In this document: positions 10,032 through 18,350 of the stretch, in pieces
How positions within the stretch are numbered: the stretch's first letter is position 1
Layout of the letters: every line of letters starts with the position of its first letter
The notes under the pieces: generated by a model
Databases searched by the model: none
The model's input: only the letters and a program-made list of their open reading frames with translations
Told to the model about the DNA's origin: nothing
Translations under genes and position numbers: made by a program
Origin: an uncultured Pseudomonadota bacterium
GTDB taxonomy: Bacteria > Oederibacteriota > Muellerivitia > Muellerivitales > Muellerivitaceae
NCBI GenBank assembly: GCA_963836235.1
Contig: CAWIIP010000002.1
Location: 832,001 to 896,000 of the forward strand
Reading direction: 5' to 3'
Length of the DNA stretch: 64,000 bases

Positions 10032-10679
10032 CTATTGCGCTTCCTTGGGGGTTATGGTGAGCCGGTAGCTGGCGCCATCCGTGCCGTCCACGCCATAGAT
10101 CACGGCGTAATATTTAAAGCCGGATTCCGAGATTTCCACCGACTGCACCGGATTATTTTGGGTGGAGCTCCCAATCACATCGAGGGACTCGTTGTAGATG
10201 AGCAACTGAAAGTTGTTATCGTGATTCAGCGGACTGGGCCTTCCCAGGACATGTGTGTAGCAATCCAGAACCGCCAGAAAGGGGGTGGCGGCCCTAAAGG
10301 TATAGACGTCCATGTCCAAATCGGTGGTTTCCATCCGGGGATCGACCTTGAAGAAATCGGCTGCGGCCGTGTCCGCCGCGTGGGCCACCTTCTCCAGAAT
10401 GCCGTTGACTTGGAGCCCTGGGGAAGTCAGTGTGCCTAGGTCCTGGGGAGCGCCAAAGATGTTGTTGGGCTCCAGCTCCGCGACGGCGGAAGGCAAGGTA
10501 TGGGCGTTGCAAATCGGATTGAGATCGGGAGGCGCGGGGGCCGCCTGTGGCACGGGGGTGGGGGTGGGCGTGGGGGTCGTGAACCATTGAGTGGGATTAG
10601 TTCCATGCGAACCCACCATGTAAGCGGCCGCTGTGACGATCAGAAAGAAGATAATAAACAGGAATTTTTTCACGTCCAC
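10032..10679 (-). CDS. Membrane-anchored or secreted protein with PT linker and PPC-like domain
   Basis: N-terminal hydrophobic segment, PTPTPTP, ELEPNN...DMDVYTF...YRLTI. Confidence 0.7.
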   Translation of the reverse strand: MDVKKFLFIIFFLIVTAAAYMVGSHGTNPTQWFTTPTPTPTPVPQAAPAPPDLNPICNAHTLPSAVAELEPNNIFGAPQDLGTLTSPGLQVNGILEKVAHAADTAAADFFKVDPRMETTDLDMDVYTFRAATPFLAVLDCYTHVLGRPSPLNHDNNFQLLIYNESLDVIGSSTQNNPVQSVEISESGFKYYAVIYGVDGTDGASYRLTITPKEAQ

Positions 10680-10752
10680 TCCAGGCTTGAAATCCGTGCC
10701 CTCATTATAAGAACAAAGGGGTCGGAGTTAAAATTTGAAATTTGAGACCCGC

Positions 10753-10908
10753 CCCTTCTTGGTCATCTCCGCCCAACTGTCCCTAAAGCGCAGGTCCTCA
10801 TAGAGCCCCAAGATCCCGTTGTAAAATTCCACCGCCTTATCGAGGTCGGCGACCATGATGGTGACGTAAGCTTTTTTGATTTCGGGCATCGTTGCGCTCC
10901 TGGATTTA
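10753..10908 (-). pseudogene. Truncated 5' copy of the VOC gene (repeat A copy 2)
   Basis: MPEIKKAYVTIMVADLDKAVEFYNGILGLYEDLRFRDSWAEMTKKG, after which homology ends. Confidence 0.9.
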
Positions 10909-11139
10909 TTGGGTAAGACCCCATCAACCGCCATAAATCATATATGACTTCGAGGGATTGCCCCCGGTAAAACAAAGGAACGGGGCGGATTCTGGGCCCC
11001 TGATTTAAGGATTTTTGGCGGAAAGAACTATCACGAAATTTACAGTCACGGCCCCGCTTTTGTCATTAAAATACCTAACATCCATCTGACTACGATTGAC
11101 GCGGTTGCCCAACAACCAAAGGTATCAAAAAGGATATAT

Positions 11140-11541
11140 ATGCTGACCTCCAAAACCATTCTCTTAGTCGAGGATGACCCGGGTCTGAGGCTGATCGTGA
11201 AGAAGGTACTCGAAAAGTACGGCTATACCGTGTTGCCCGCCGAGGATTCGGTCATCGCCAATTCTCTTGCCCGCATGCACGGCGGCATCGTGGACCTTCT
11301 GCTGGCCGATATCAACCTGCCAGGCTTGACAGGCAGCGAATACGCGGCCTTCCGGAAAGACATCAATCCCAACTTGAAAGTCCTTTACATGTCCGGTTCC
11401 CTCGAGGACGCGCTGGTCCGCCAGCACCTGCGCCACAAGACGGCGGCCTTCCTCGCGAAGCCCTTCAGCAACGAGGAATTGGTATTGGCGGTGAAGAGGG
11501 CGCTGGGGGAAATTGCGGAAGTACCGGAGGACGGGGAATAA
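11140..11541 (+). CDS. Single-domain response regulator
   Basis: ILLVEDD, LLLADINLPG, MSG, KPF. Confidence 0.92.
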   Translation: MLTSKTILLVEDDPGLRLIVKKVLEKYGYTVLPAEDSVIANSLARMHGGIVDLLLADINLPGLTGSEYAAFRKDINPNLKVLYMSGSLEDALVRQHLRHKTAAFLAKPFSNEELVLAVKRALGEIAEVPEDGE

Positions 11542-11580
11542 GATCGAGGATCGACCCAAAGGGTCAGGTCAGGGGGTTAT

Positions 11581-11752
11581 TTATTTTTGTTCCCCGATAG
11601 GCTCAGAAAATTTCAGCTTGTCGAAATCCTTCCGAAGAACGTTGATTCCAGCGAAATATTCATCGTCTGATGGCAACGGCTTTCCCGTGGTGGTCATCGT
11701 CCGCGTCAAAAAGCGCGTAAACGGCGCTCGTATCCAACAAAACCTTATCCAT
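11581..11752 (-). pseudogene. Remnant of a PIN-domain (VapC-like) toxin
   Basis: MDKVLLDTSAVYALFDADDDHH (PIN N-terminus) stops after 30 aa; start overlaps the antitoxin stop. Confidence 0.7.
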
Positions 11753-11996
11753 GAACTTGTTCCGCCAAAACTTCGTCCAAGTCCACTTTGCCCATGTGGA
11801 ATTTTCCAATGAGGCTTTTGGTGTGTTTGCCGGTATAGACCCGGGGAGTGCTTTTTCCCGTGGAGCGAAGCGCCTCCCGGATCAACTCCCTAGCCTCCAA
11901 GCTGACGGACAGGCCGTTCTTTTTCGCCAAGCCCTTCAAGTTGTCGAATAAAGGACGTTCTAAAACGACGTGGATTCTTGGATTTTTCGTCGGCAT
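11745..11996 (-). CDS. Ribbon-helix-helix antitoxin (VapB-like)
   Basis: MPTKNPRIHVVLE...LAKKNGLSVSLEARELIREAL; GGAGG RBS; lies upstream of the PIN remnant. Confidence 0.75.
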   Translation of the reverse strand: MPTKNPRIHVVLERPLFDNLKGLAKKNGLSVSLEARELIREALRSTGKSTPRVYTGKHTKSLIGKFHMGKVDLDEVLAEQVHG

Positions 11997-12134
11997 GGTT
12001 CCTCCTATGGATTCAAAAAAGGTTAGCACAAGTGAGGAACCTATTCAATCGACTCTCGGGAGGGAAAATGGCTCGCAACCAAACTGTTAACTGGCCTGTT
12101 TGCCGAAGATTCATGATAGGCGGTTGGCCTGATC

Positions 12135-12357
12135 CCTTAGTTCTCGGGCCTATGCCCGCCAATGGGGCCTCGAGCAGGCAACTTTTGAGAGGGATATGAA
12201 CAACCCGGAGGTGGAGGAACGGATTGAAAGGGATTTCCAGGGCGCCGTGGCCAGCAAGGTCAGCACCACCCCGGCCTATTCCATCAACGGATTCCGCTAC
12301 GAGGGCTATTGGTCCTACGAGGCCCTCGCGAAAGACCTTCAAGCGGCGCGGGGATAG
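12135..12357 (+). pseudogene. 3' fragment of a DsbA-family gene (contains repeat B copy 1, 12204-12350)
   Basis: AYARQWGLEQATFERDM...IERDFQGA...VSTTPAYSINGFRYEG; no CxxC N-terminal half; in-frame stop upstream. Confidence 0.75.
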
Positions 12358-12833
12358 GGTTCAGAGGTGAGGCCGAAAGTGGTGGTTGGCAAAGGTGGAA
12401 TGCCTGCCTGTCCCACCGTTGAACACCCGGATAGGAGATGAAGTAAGCCTAGTGGATCACCGCAAGGCGAAGGGGATATTCCTCTCCGGCTTTCGGAGCT
12501 TCTTCGAGAAATCATAAAAGGGTTAGAGTCGGAGGATCAATCCATTCATTTTCAAAACCCAAATGTTACGTGCTGGCCGGAACCCCTCTTGCCTAACGCG
12601 AGGAACTCGAAAGCATGATGAATTTATTACAATTATTTTGGATTTTTTGACTTTTAACACACGGTGATCCCATTGGACTGTGGACCAAGGGATTGAATTT
12701 GATTTAAAAATGCCCTCTTTGGCATGAAGAGGATTGGCATAGGAAATGCTAAATCCTATATGACATGAAGTTGTATTAAAATTATTTTTCAAAGTTCATT
12801 TAGGCCGGCTATTTATTTTTGAAGGAAAACCAT

Positions 12834-14210
12834 ATGAAAAACCGCTTTATATTGGCTTTTGTTTTCGTTTTAACTGTCGGAACTTCGACCCTTTTCATGG
12901 CCAGCTGTAAAAGGGGAGTTTCCGTGCCGCCACTCGATCCCGGGTCAAGCCCCGCCTCTGCCCCACTCAGCCTGGTGTCTAGCGCGACGTCTACCCCCAT
13001 TCCAACTTTTTCACCGTCCTGCACGCCTACCTCCACTCCAAATTCGGCGGATACGGTTTTGATTCCTGATCCCAATCTTCTCGCCGCGGTGGTGCAGGTC
13101 TTGATTACCAACGGGGTGATTTCCAGTTCCCTCGTTCCCATCACGGCGGCCGATTTGTCCACGATCACCAGCCTGCAGGCTGAAGAAGCGGACATCAAAA
13201 ATGTGCAAGGGTTGCAATATTGCACGGGACTGACATCGCTGGATCTGAATTACAATTCCATAACGGACCCGACGCCCCTCGCGGGCTTGACAGGCCTGAC
13301 TTCCCTTTCCTTAGATGGAAATCAAATCGCCAGTCTCGCTCCCCTTTCCGGACTGACGAACTTGACCTACCTGGATCTAGGCCACAACAGTTTCACCAGC
13401 CTTGCGGGTTTGCCTAACGATCCGAACCTGTTGAACCTCAACCTGGACTGGGACAACCTCAGTGATATCTCCGCCCTTTCCGGCTACACAAGCCTTCAAT
13501 ATCTTTCTTTGTATAACAACCAAATCAGCAATCTCTCGCCCCTGTCCGGTCTTTCAAGCCTCAAAACGCTTGATCTGACGAGTAACGACATTACCGATCT
13601 CTCACCCCTATCCGGTCTGACGGGCCTTCTTGCCCTTTATCTGGACAGTAACTCCTTCACCAGCATTTCGGCTCTCTCCGGACTGACGAACCTTCAAACT
13701 CTTTACTTGGGATTCAATACGATCAGTGATTTCTCCGTTCTTTCCTCCTTTACGAATCTTGAAAATCTCGAATCGATGTATGACAACTTCACCAACGCTG
13801 ACCTTTTGTACTTGTCGAGTCTGACCAGTCTCAAATATCTTGACTTGGAAGGTAATCAAATAAGTGACTTCACGTCCCTCTCCGGCCTAACGGGAATGAC
13901 TTACTTGGATCTATCCTATAACCAGATTTCCAGCATCGCTCCCTTGGCCAACATGACTTTGCTGAAGTGGCTTTACTTGGAAAACAACCAGATCAGCGAT
14001 CTGACGGGCCTCAGTACCAGCATGACGGCTCTTTATTTCATCAATCTGGGCAATAACCTTTTGACCGATTTGAGTGTCTTGGTGAGCATCGATTCCGTGC
14101 TGGCGGCGAACAAGGGTGAGGTAGTCGTGGAAACGGGCAATCCCCTGGGTTCTACCGCCACCAGCACACAAATCCCTGAGCTTGCGGCCGCCGGAGTGGT
14201 TGTGGCTTGA
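12834..14210 (+). CDS. Internalin-like leucine-rich repeat lipoprotein
   Basis: Signal peptide with Cys (FMASC), S/T/P linker, IPDPNL cap, tandem 22-aa LRRs (LxxLxLxxNxIxDLxPL). Confidence 0.92.
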   Translation: MKNRFILAFVFVLTVGTSTLFMASCKRGVSVPPLDPGSSPASAPLSLVSSATSTPIPTFSPSCTPTSTPNSADTVLIPDPNLLAAVVQVLITNGVISSSLVPITAADLSTITSLQAEEADIKNVQGLQYCTGLTSLDLNYNSITDPTPLAGLTGLTSLSLDGNQIASLAPLSGLTNLTYLDLGHNSFTSLAGLPNDPNLLNLNLDWDNLSDISALSGYTSLQYLSLYNNQISNLSPLSGLSSLKTLDLTSNDITDLSPLSGLTGLLALYLDSNSFTSISALSGLTNLQTLYLGFNTISDFSVLSSFTNLENLESMYDNFTNADLLYLSSLTSLKYLDLEGNQISDFTSLSGLTGMTYLDLSYNQISSIAPLANMTLLKWLYLENNQISDLTGLSTSMTALYFINLGNNLLTDLSVLVSIDSVLAANKGEVVVETGNPLGSTATSTQIPELAAAGVVVA

Positions 14211-14270
14211 TCCGGCGGGAAACCGGAAGAACGTCCTACAATTCAATAGAAGATAAAAAGGAGAAAACCG

Positions 14271-14501
14271 ATGAAAAAGAACACCACAATTTGGATGCTA
14301 GTGCTTTTCACGGGTTTTGGGAGCGTAGCAATGGCAAAGGCTCCTGAACCCGGTTCCCAGGCAGAGGCCCATCAGGAGCGTTTCTTACAAATGACATCCA
14401 AGGATGGGTTGTCCCGGCACCAAGGTCCCCATAAGAAGAAAATATCAGGCACGGTTAATAAATCTTTGAAACCGGGGTCAATCACCAATCTAAAGAAGTA
14501 A
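14271..14501 (+). CDS. Small secreted basic protein
   Basis: AAGGAG RBS, signal peptide ending AMA. Confidence 0.6.
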   Translation: MKKNTTIWMLVLFTGFGSVAMAKAPEPGSQAEAHQERFLQMTSKDGLSRHQGPHKKKISGTVNKSLKPGSITNLKK

Positions 14502-14539
14502 CCGGGACCGGTTGTTCAGTCGAAGAAAAAGGGACTTCG

Positions 14540-14702
14540 CCCGGATATGGAGGAACGGATTGAGAGGGATTTCCAGGGCGCCGTGGAAAGCAGGGTCTGC
14601 ACCATCCCGGCCTATTTCATCAACGGATTCCGCTACGAGGGCTATTGGTCCTACGAAGCCCTCGCGAAAGACCTACAAACGGCCCGAACCTCGACTGGAT
14701 AA
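14540..14702 (+). pseudogene. Second 3' DsbA fragment (repeat B copy 2, 14540-14686)
   Basis: About 13 mismatches in 147 bp versus 12204-12350; MEERIERDFQGAVESRVCTIPAYFINGFRYEGYWSYEAL. Confidence 0.85.
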
Positions 14703-14757
14703 AAGATTTTCTGCCTAAAATGTCAAATGACGACCCAACCCCAAAGTCTTCTAATTC

Positions 14758-14949
14758 CTATTTCTTGCCGTTATTACTCGAAGACTGATTTGAACTAGAA
14801 GTTGGTTTGGGATTCATCGCCTGCGGAGGGGCGGGACGTGGCGTTTGAGGCGGGTTATTAACTCCGCCCTTTTTAATCCACCCTTCTTGAAGTTTATTAC
14901 TACTTCCATTTTGGATAAACCCATCATTTCTTTGCTGATCTTTTGCCAT
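14758..14949 (-). CDS. Small Pro-rich peptide coupled to the DUF6338-like gene
   Basis: AAGGAG RBS inside the 3' end of the upstream gene; GWIKKGGVNNPPQTPRPAPPQ. Confidence 0.65.
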   Translation of the reverse strand: MAKDQQRNDGFIQNGSSNKLQEGWIKKGGVNNPPQTPRPAPPQAMNPKPTSSSNQSSSNNGKK

Positions 14950-15619
14950 TTTCATTCTCCTTTTTGTTTTTAGTTTCCTTCTCATCTAACCCCAATATTG
15001 GAAAGTCATAAATTAAATCTTTTCTGTCCCTTTCAACAAACAAACCGGAAGTTTCATATAATTTTTTGCCTGTAGAATTTTTGTAAACAATGGCGTCTCT
15101 TAAAAATATACCGTTTTCCTCAGTCGTATCGGGAAAAGCTTCTATCCAGCCTTCGAACATAAGATCGGACTTTAAATCTCTAATTACAACCCAAGGCGGC
15201 ATTTTAGAATTCATAATGTGATCAAAAACGCTTAAAGCCCCAAATTTGTTTGAAATTCTAGCCCATTGGGCAAATCTGTGAAACCAACTTCTTGTTATTA
15301 CGATTGAAAAAAACAAACCTAAAAATACAGAAATTATAGAAACGAAAAATATTTCACGAAAGTTAAGGTTGGTAGTTTTATCGGTAAGATTTTTTATCAG
15401 GTCGCAACTCAAAGTTATCACATTCAACCATGTTAAAATTTTTGTTGTTGCGAAATAAACCAAATATGAAATCAACCCTAACATAAATGAATAAACGCAC
15501 TCTTCATAAAATTCATATTTTTTATGAATAGTTAATTGCTTAATAATAAAAAAAGCTACCAACCCTGGAGTAAATATCAAAAGCAGCCTAAATACAAATT
15601 CAGTTAATTCCATTTCCAT
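14924..15619 (-). CDS. DUF6338-like membrane protein (low GC)
   Basis: LLLIFTPG N-terminus, three TM segments, SVFD...WVVIRD...FEGWIEAF...IFLRDA C-domain. Confidence 0.75.
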   Translation of the reverse strand: MEMELTEFVFRLLLIFTPGLVAFFIIKQLTIHKKYEFYEECVYSFMLGLISYLVYFATTKILTWLNVITLSCDLIKNLTDKTTNLNFREIFFVSIISVFLGLFFSIVITRSWFHRFAQWARISNKFGALSVFDHIMNSKMPPWVVIRDLKSDLMFEGWIEAFPDTTEENGIFLRDAIVYKNSTGKKLYETSGLFVERDRKDLIYDFPILGLDEKETKNKKENENGKRSAKK

Positions 15620-15669
15620 ATACAAATACCTCTAAAAAAAGAGAGGCTCTCGATTCGAGCCTAATTTTC

Positions 15670-16125
15670 CTACCAGCCTAAACGCATTTTTGAAATGCGT
15701 GATTGTGGTTGCGGCCGAACATAATTTTTGTCCGGGAAAAAATTTTTACATTCTGCTCCAGTTTTACCAACAAATAACAAATTCATTTTCAATCCATCAT
15801 CTTCAAAACATACCCGGCAATACAAACCCGGCTTGTACGTCATCCTCTCTTCTTTGAGTAAATAACAACCATACTGCTGATCGTTCTCGAAGTCGTTTCG
15901 AAGCTTTGATTTAGAATCTTCTTTTTTAAGCCTTTGCTCTAAGTTTTGATTTATTTCTTGGAGTTCTAACACCTCAGTTTTCAAGTGCAAAAGATTTTCC
16001 TTCACACCCAACAGCTCTTCTCGAATCCCGACAACGGTCAATTCCTCTTTAACTTTTAAAGCTCTATTTACAAGGTCCAGGGCAGTTTCAACAGATTTCC
16101 CAATTCCCATATTTTTAAAGGCCAT
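15670..16125 (-). CDS. Hypothetical coiled-coil protein with CxxC (low GC)
   Basis: AAGGAGG RBS; heptad-rich N-half; GLYCRVCFE...C. Confidence 0.75.
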   Translation of the reverse strand: MAFKNMGIGKSVETALDLVNRALKVKEELTVVGIREELLGVKENLLHLKTEVLELQEINQNLEQRLKKEDSKSKLRNDFENDQQYGCYLLKEERMTYKPGLYCRVCFEDDGLKMNLLFVGKTGAECKNFFPDKNYVRPQPQSRISKMRLGW

Positions 16126-16148
16126 TGGCTACCTCCTTTCGTCTATCC

Positions 16149-16212
16149 GCTTATACAACTCTGTCAATAATTGATCAAGTAAAAAGTATACGGCTGTATA
16201 CTTTTTACTTGA
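16149..16212 (-). promoter_or_regulatory. Putative promoter (TTGATC-N17-TATAAG) overlapped at -35 by a perfect 38-bp palindrome (16175-16212)
   Basis: TCAAGTAAAAAGTATAC-GGCT-GTATACTTTTTACTTGA read directly from the sequence. Confidence 0.6.
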
Positions 16213-16269
16213 AAAAAACCAGTCTCCAGAAGAGAGCTGAGCTTTATCGGCCTCGTTTTTCGTCGTCCC

Positions 16270-17964
16270 TCAGTTGCCCAAAACTTCATGGATCTTCTCG
16301 GCCAGTTCCTTGATGGTGAAGGGTTTCTGGATGAAATGGACCCCTTCCTCCAGGAGGTTGGACTCGGCGGTATAACCGGACATGTAAAGGCACTTTAATC
16401 CGGGAAAAACGGGCTGGACCTTCTTGGCCAATTCCATGCCGCTCATCTCGGGCATAATCACGTCGGTGATCAGCAAATGGGCCAGGGAATGATCTCGGAT
16501 ATGCAAAACGGCCTCCCTCGGCGAGGGGTAGGGCAAAACCTTGTAGCCCAGGTTCTTGAGGATTCGGGTGGTGATCTGGAGTATGGCCGGTTCGTCCTCG
16601 ACCAAAAGGATGTTGGTCTGGCCCCGGGCCAGGGGGATCGCGAGACTTTCCGACTGTACCACCGGAAGGGGGCCGTCATAACGGGGCAAGTAGATATCGA
16701 AGGTCGTTCCGATGCCCGGCTGGCTTTTCACCTGGATGAAACCCTTGTTCTGCTGGACGATCCCATAAACCGTGGAAAGCCCGAGGCCGGTCCCCTGCCC
16801 GGGGCCCTTGGTCGTGTAAAAGGGCTCGAACACCTTGGCCATAACTTCCTCCTTCATGCCGCTACCGTTATCGCTCACGGAGAGCCGCAGAAACTGTCCC
16901 GGGTAAAAACCGGGATGCTTGGCGCAATAGGCCTCGTCGAAAGCGGCGGCCCCCGTGGTGATGTCGATTCTCCCGGACCCTTGGATGGCGTCCCGGGCGT
17001 TGACGCAAAGGTTTGTCAGGATCTGGTCGATGTGGGTGGACCCCACCCGGACCCTTCCCGGCTCGCCCCGGAGGCGCAGGGACAATTGAATATTCTCGCC
17101 CAGGATGCGCTCGAGGAAGCGAATCAAGCTGTTGACCGCCTCGTTCAGGTCCATCACCTTCAGCGTCACCGTTTCCTTCCGGGCGAAGGTCAGCAGCTGG
17201 CGGGTCAGGTCGACGGAACGCCGGGACGCCTCCAGGATTTTTTGGAGGTCGTCGCGCAGGGGGTCGTCCGGTTTCATCTGGCTGCGCACCAGGTCGGTGT
17301 AGGAAATGATCACGGTGAGCATGTTGTTGAAGTCATGGGCCACGCCGCCGGCCAGGCGCCCGATCGATTCCATTTTTTGGGCCTGGAAAAGCTGGTCGCG
17401 CAGGCTTTCCCTCTCCTCCTCGCTCTTCAAGCGCTCCGCGTTTTCCCTTTCCAGTTCCCGGATCGTGCTCTCCAGCTGGGTCATCTTGGTCTCCAGCTTG
17501 CGGATCAGGGCCTCGTTGTATTGCTTCAGGTACACCGTTTCTTCCACCGGCGCCCCCTCCCCTTTTTCCCCCGGCACGGAAAGGCCCTTCACCCTTCCCA
17601 ATATCCCTTGGATGGTCTTGCGCAAGGACTCCGGCTCCTCCGGCTTGACGATGAAGGCCTCCGCCCCCAGGCTCAGGGCGAATTGCCGGTCCCTTTCGTC
17701 GGTATAGGTGGCCGTGTAAAAAACAAAGGCGACCGGCGCCAGGCGGGGGTTCTTTTTCCACTCCCGGCAGAGGGTGAACCCGTCCATGACAGGCATTAGG
17801 ACGTCGCTGATGACCATGTCGGGCGGGTTGAGGAGGGCTTGGGCCAGGGCCTCCGCGCCGTTGGGGGCCGTGGAGACCTCGTATCCGTCGGCCTGCAACA
17901 GGGCGCGTAAAAGATAGATGTTCTCCTCGTGGTCGTCCACGATCAGGATGCGGCTTGGGCTCAT
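16270..17964 (-). CDS. Hybrid sensor kinase REC-HisKA-HATPase-REC
   Basis: GGVAHDFNN H-box, NLCVNARDA, GTGLGL, receiver domains at both ends. Confidence 0.95.
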   Translation of the reverse strand: MSPSRILIVDDHEENIYLLRALLQADGYEVSTAPNGAEALAQALLNPPDMVISDVLMPVMDGFTLCREWKKNPRLAPVAFVFYTATYTDERDRQFALSLGAEAFIVKPEEPESLRKTIQGILGRVKGLSVPGEKGEGAPVEETVYLKQYNEALIRKLETKMTQLESTIRELERENAERLKSEEERESLRDQLFQAQKMESIGRLAGGVAHDFNNMLTVIISYTDLVRSQMKPDDPLRDDLQKILEASRRSVDLTRQLLTFARKETVTLKVMDLNEAVNSLIRFLERILGENIQLSLRLRGEPGRVRVGSTHIDQILTNLCVNARDAIQGSGRIDITTGAAAFDEAYCAKHPGFYPGQFLRLSVSDNGSGMKEEVMAKVFEPFYTTKGPGQGTGLGLSTVYGIVQQNKGFIQVKSQPGIGTTFDIYLPRYDGPLPVVQSESLAIPLARGQTNILLVEDEPAILQITTRILKNLGYKVLPYPSPREAVLHIRDHSLAHLLITDVIMPEMSGMELAKKVQPVFPGLKCLYMSGYTAESNLLEEGVHFIQKPFTIKELAEKIHEVLGN

Positions 17965-18350
17965 GGCTTATCCTTTCCCCGTCCGTCCTTAAGATAGCGG
18001 CCGATTTCCTCCGCGAAGGTCGCGGGATTGATCGGTTTCTCGATGTAGCCGTCGCAGCCGGAGGCCATGGCCTTCTCCCGATCGCCCGTCATGGCGTAGG
18101 AGGTGACCGCCACGATGGGCGTGGCCGCCAGGGCGGCGTTCTGCCGGAGGTCGCGGGCGACGGCGTAACCATCCATCGTCGGGAGCTGGATGTCGAGCAG
18201 GATCAGGTCGGGCAAAAGCCTGCCGGCCATTTCCAAACCCATCGGCCCGTCGAGGGCGGTCTGGACCGTGTAACCGTTCTTTTCCAGCAAAAATTTGGCC
18301 AGGTACCGGTTTTGCTCGTTGTCTTCGATGAGAAGGATTTGGCCTTTCAT
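17961..18350 (-). CDS. Single-domain response regulator (DivK-like)
   Basis: LLIEDN, LLDIQLP, GCDGYIEKP; ATGA overlaps with both neighbours. Confidence 0.93.
   Translation of the reverse strand: MKGQILLIEDNEQNRYLAKFLLEKNGYTVQTALDGPMGLEMAGRLLPDLILLDIQLPTMDGYAVARDLRQNAALAATPIVAVTSYAMTGDREKAMASGCDGYIEKPINPATFAEEIGRYLKDGRGKDKP

Noticed and set aside
12360-12620. Structured ncRNA or hammerhead ribozyme
   Set aside because: Only short hairpins; the CUGAnGA/GAAA core is not properly arranged.
9825-14686. The two ~150-bp repeat pairs as DGR template/variable regions
   Set aside because: Mismatches are not adenine-specific (C/T and G/C changes occur) and there is no reverse transcriptase in the window.
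9600-16270. Integron cassette array
   Set aside because: No integron integrase, mixed gene orientations, and no convincing RYYYAAC...GTTRRRY attC sites seen.
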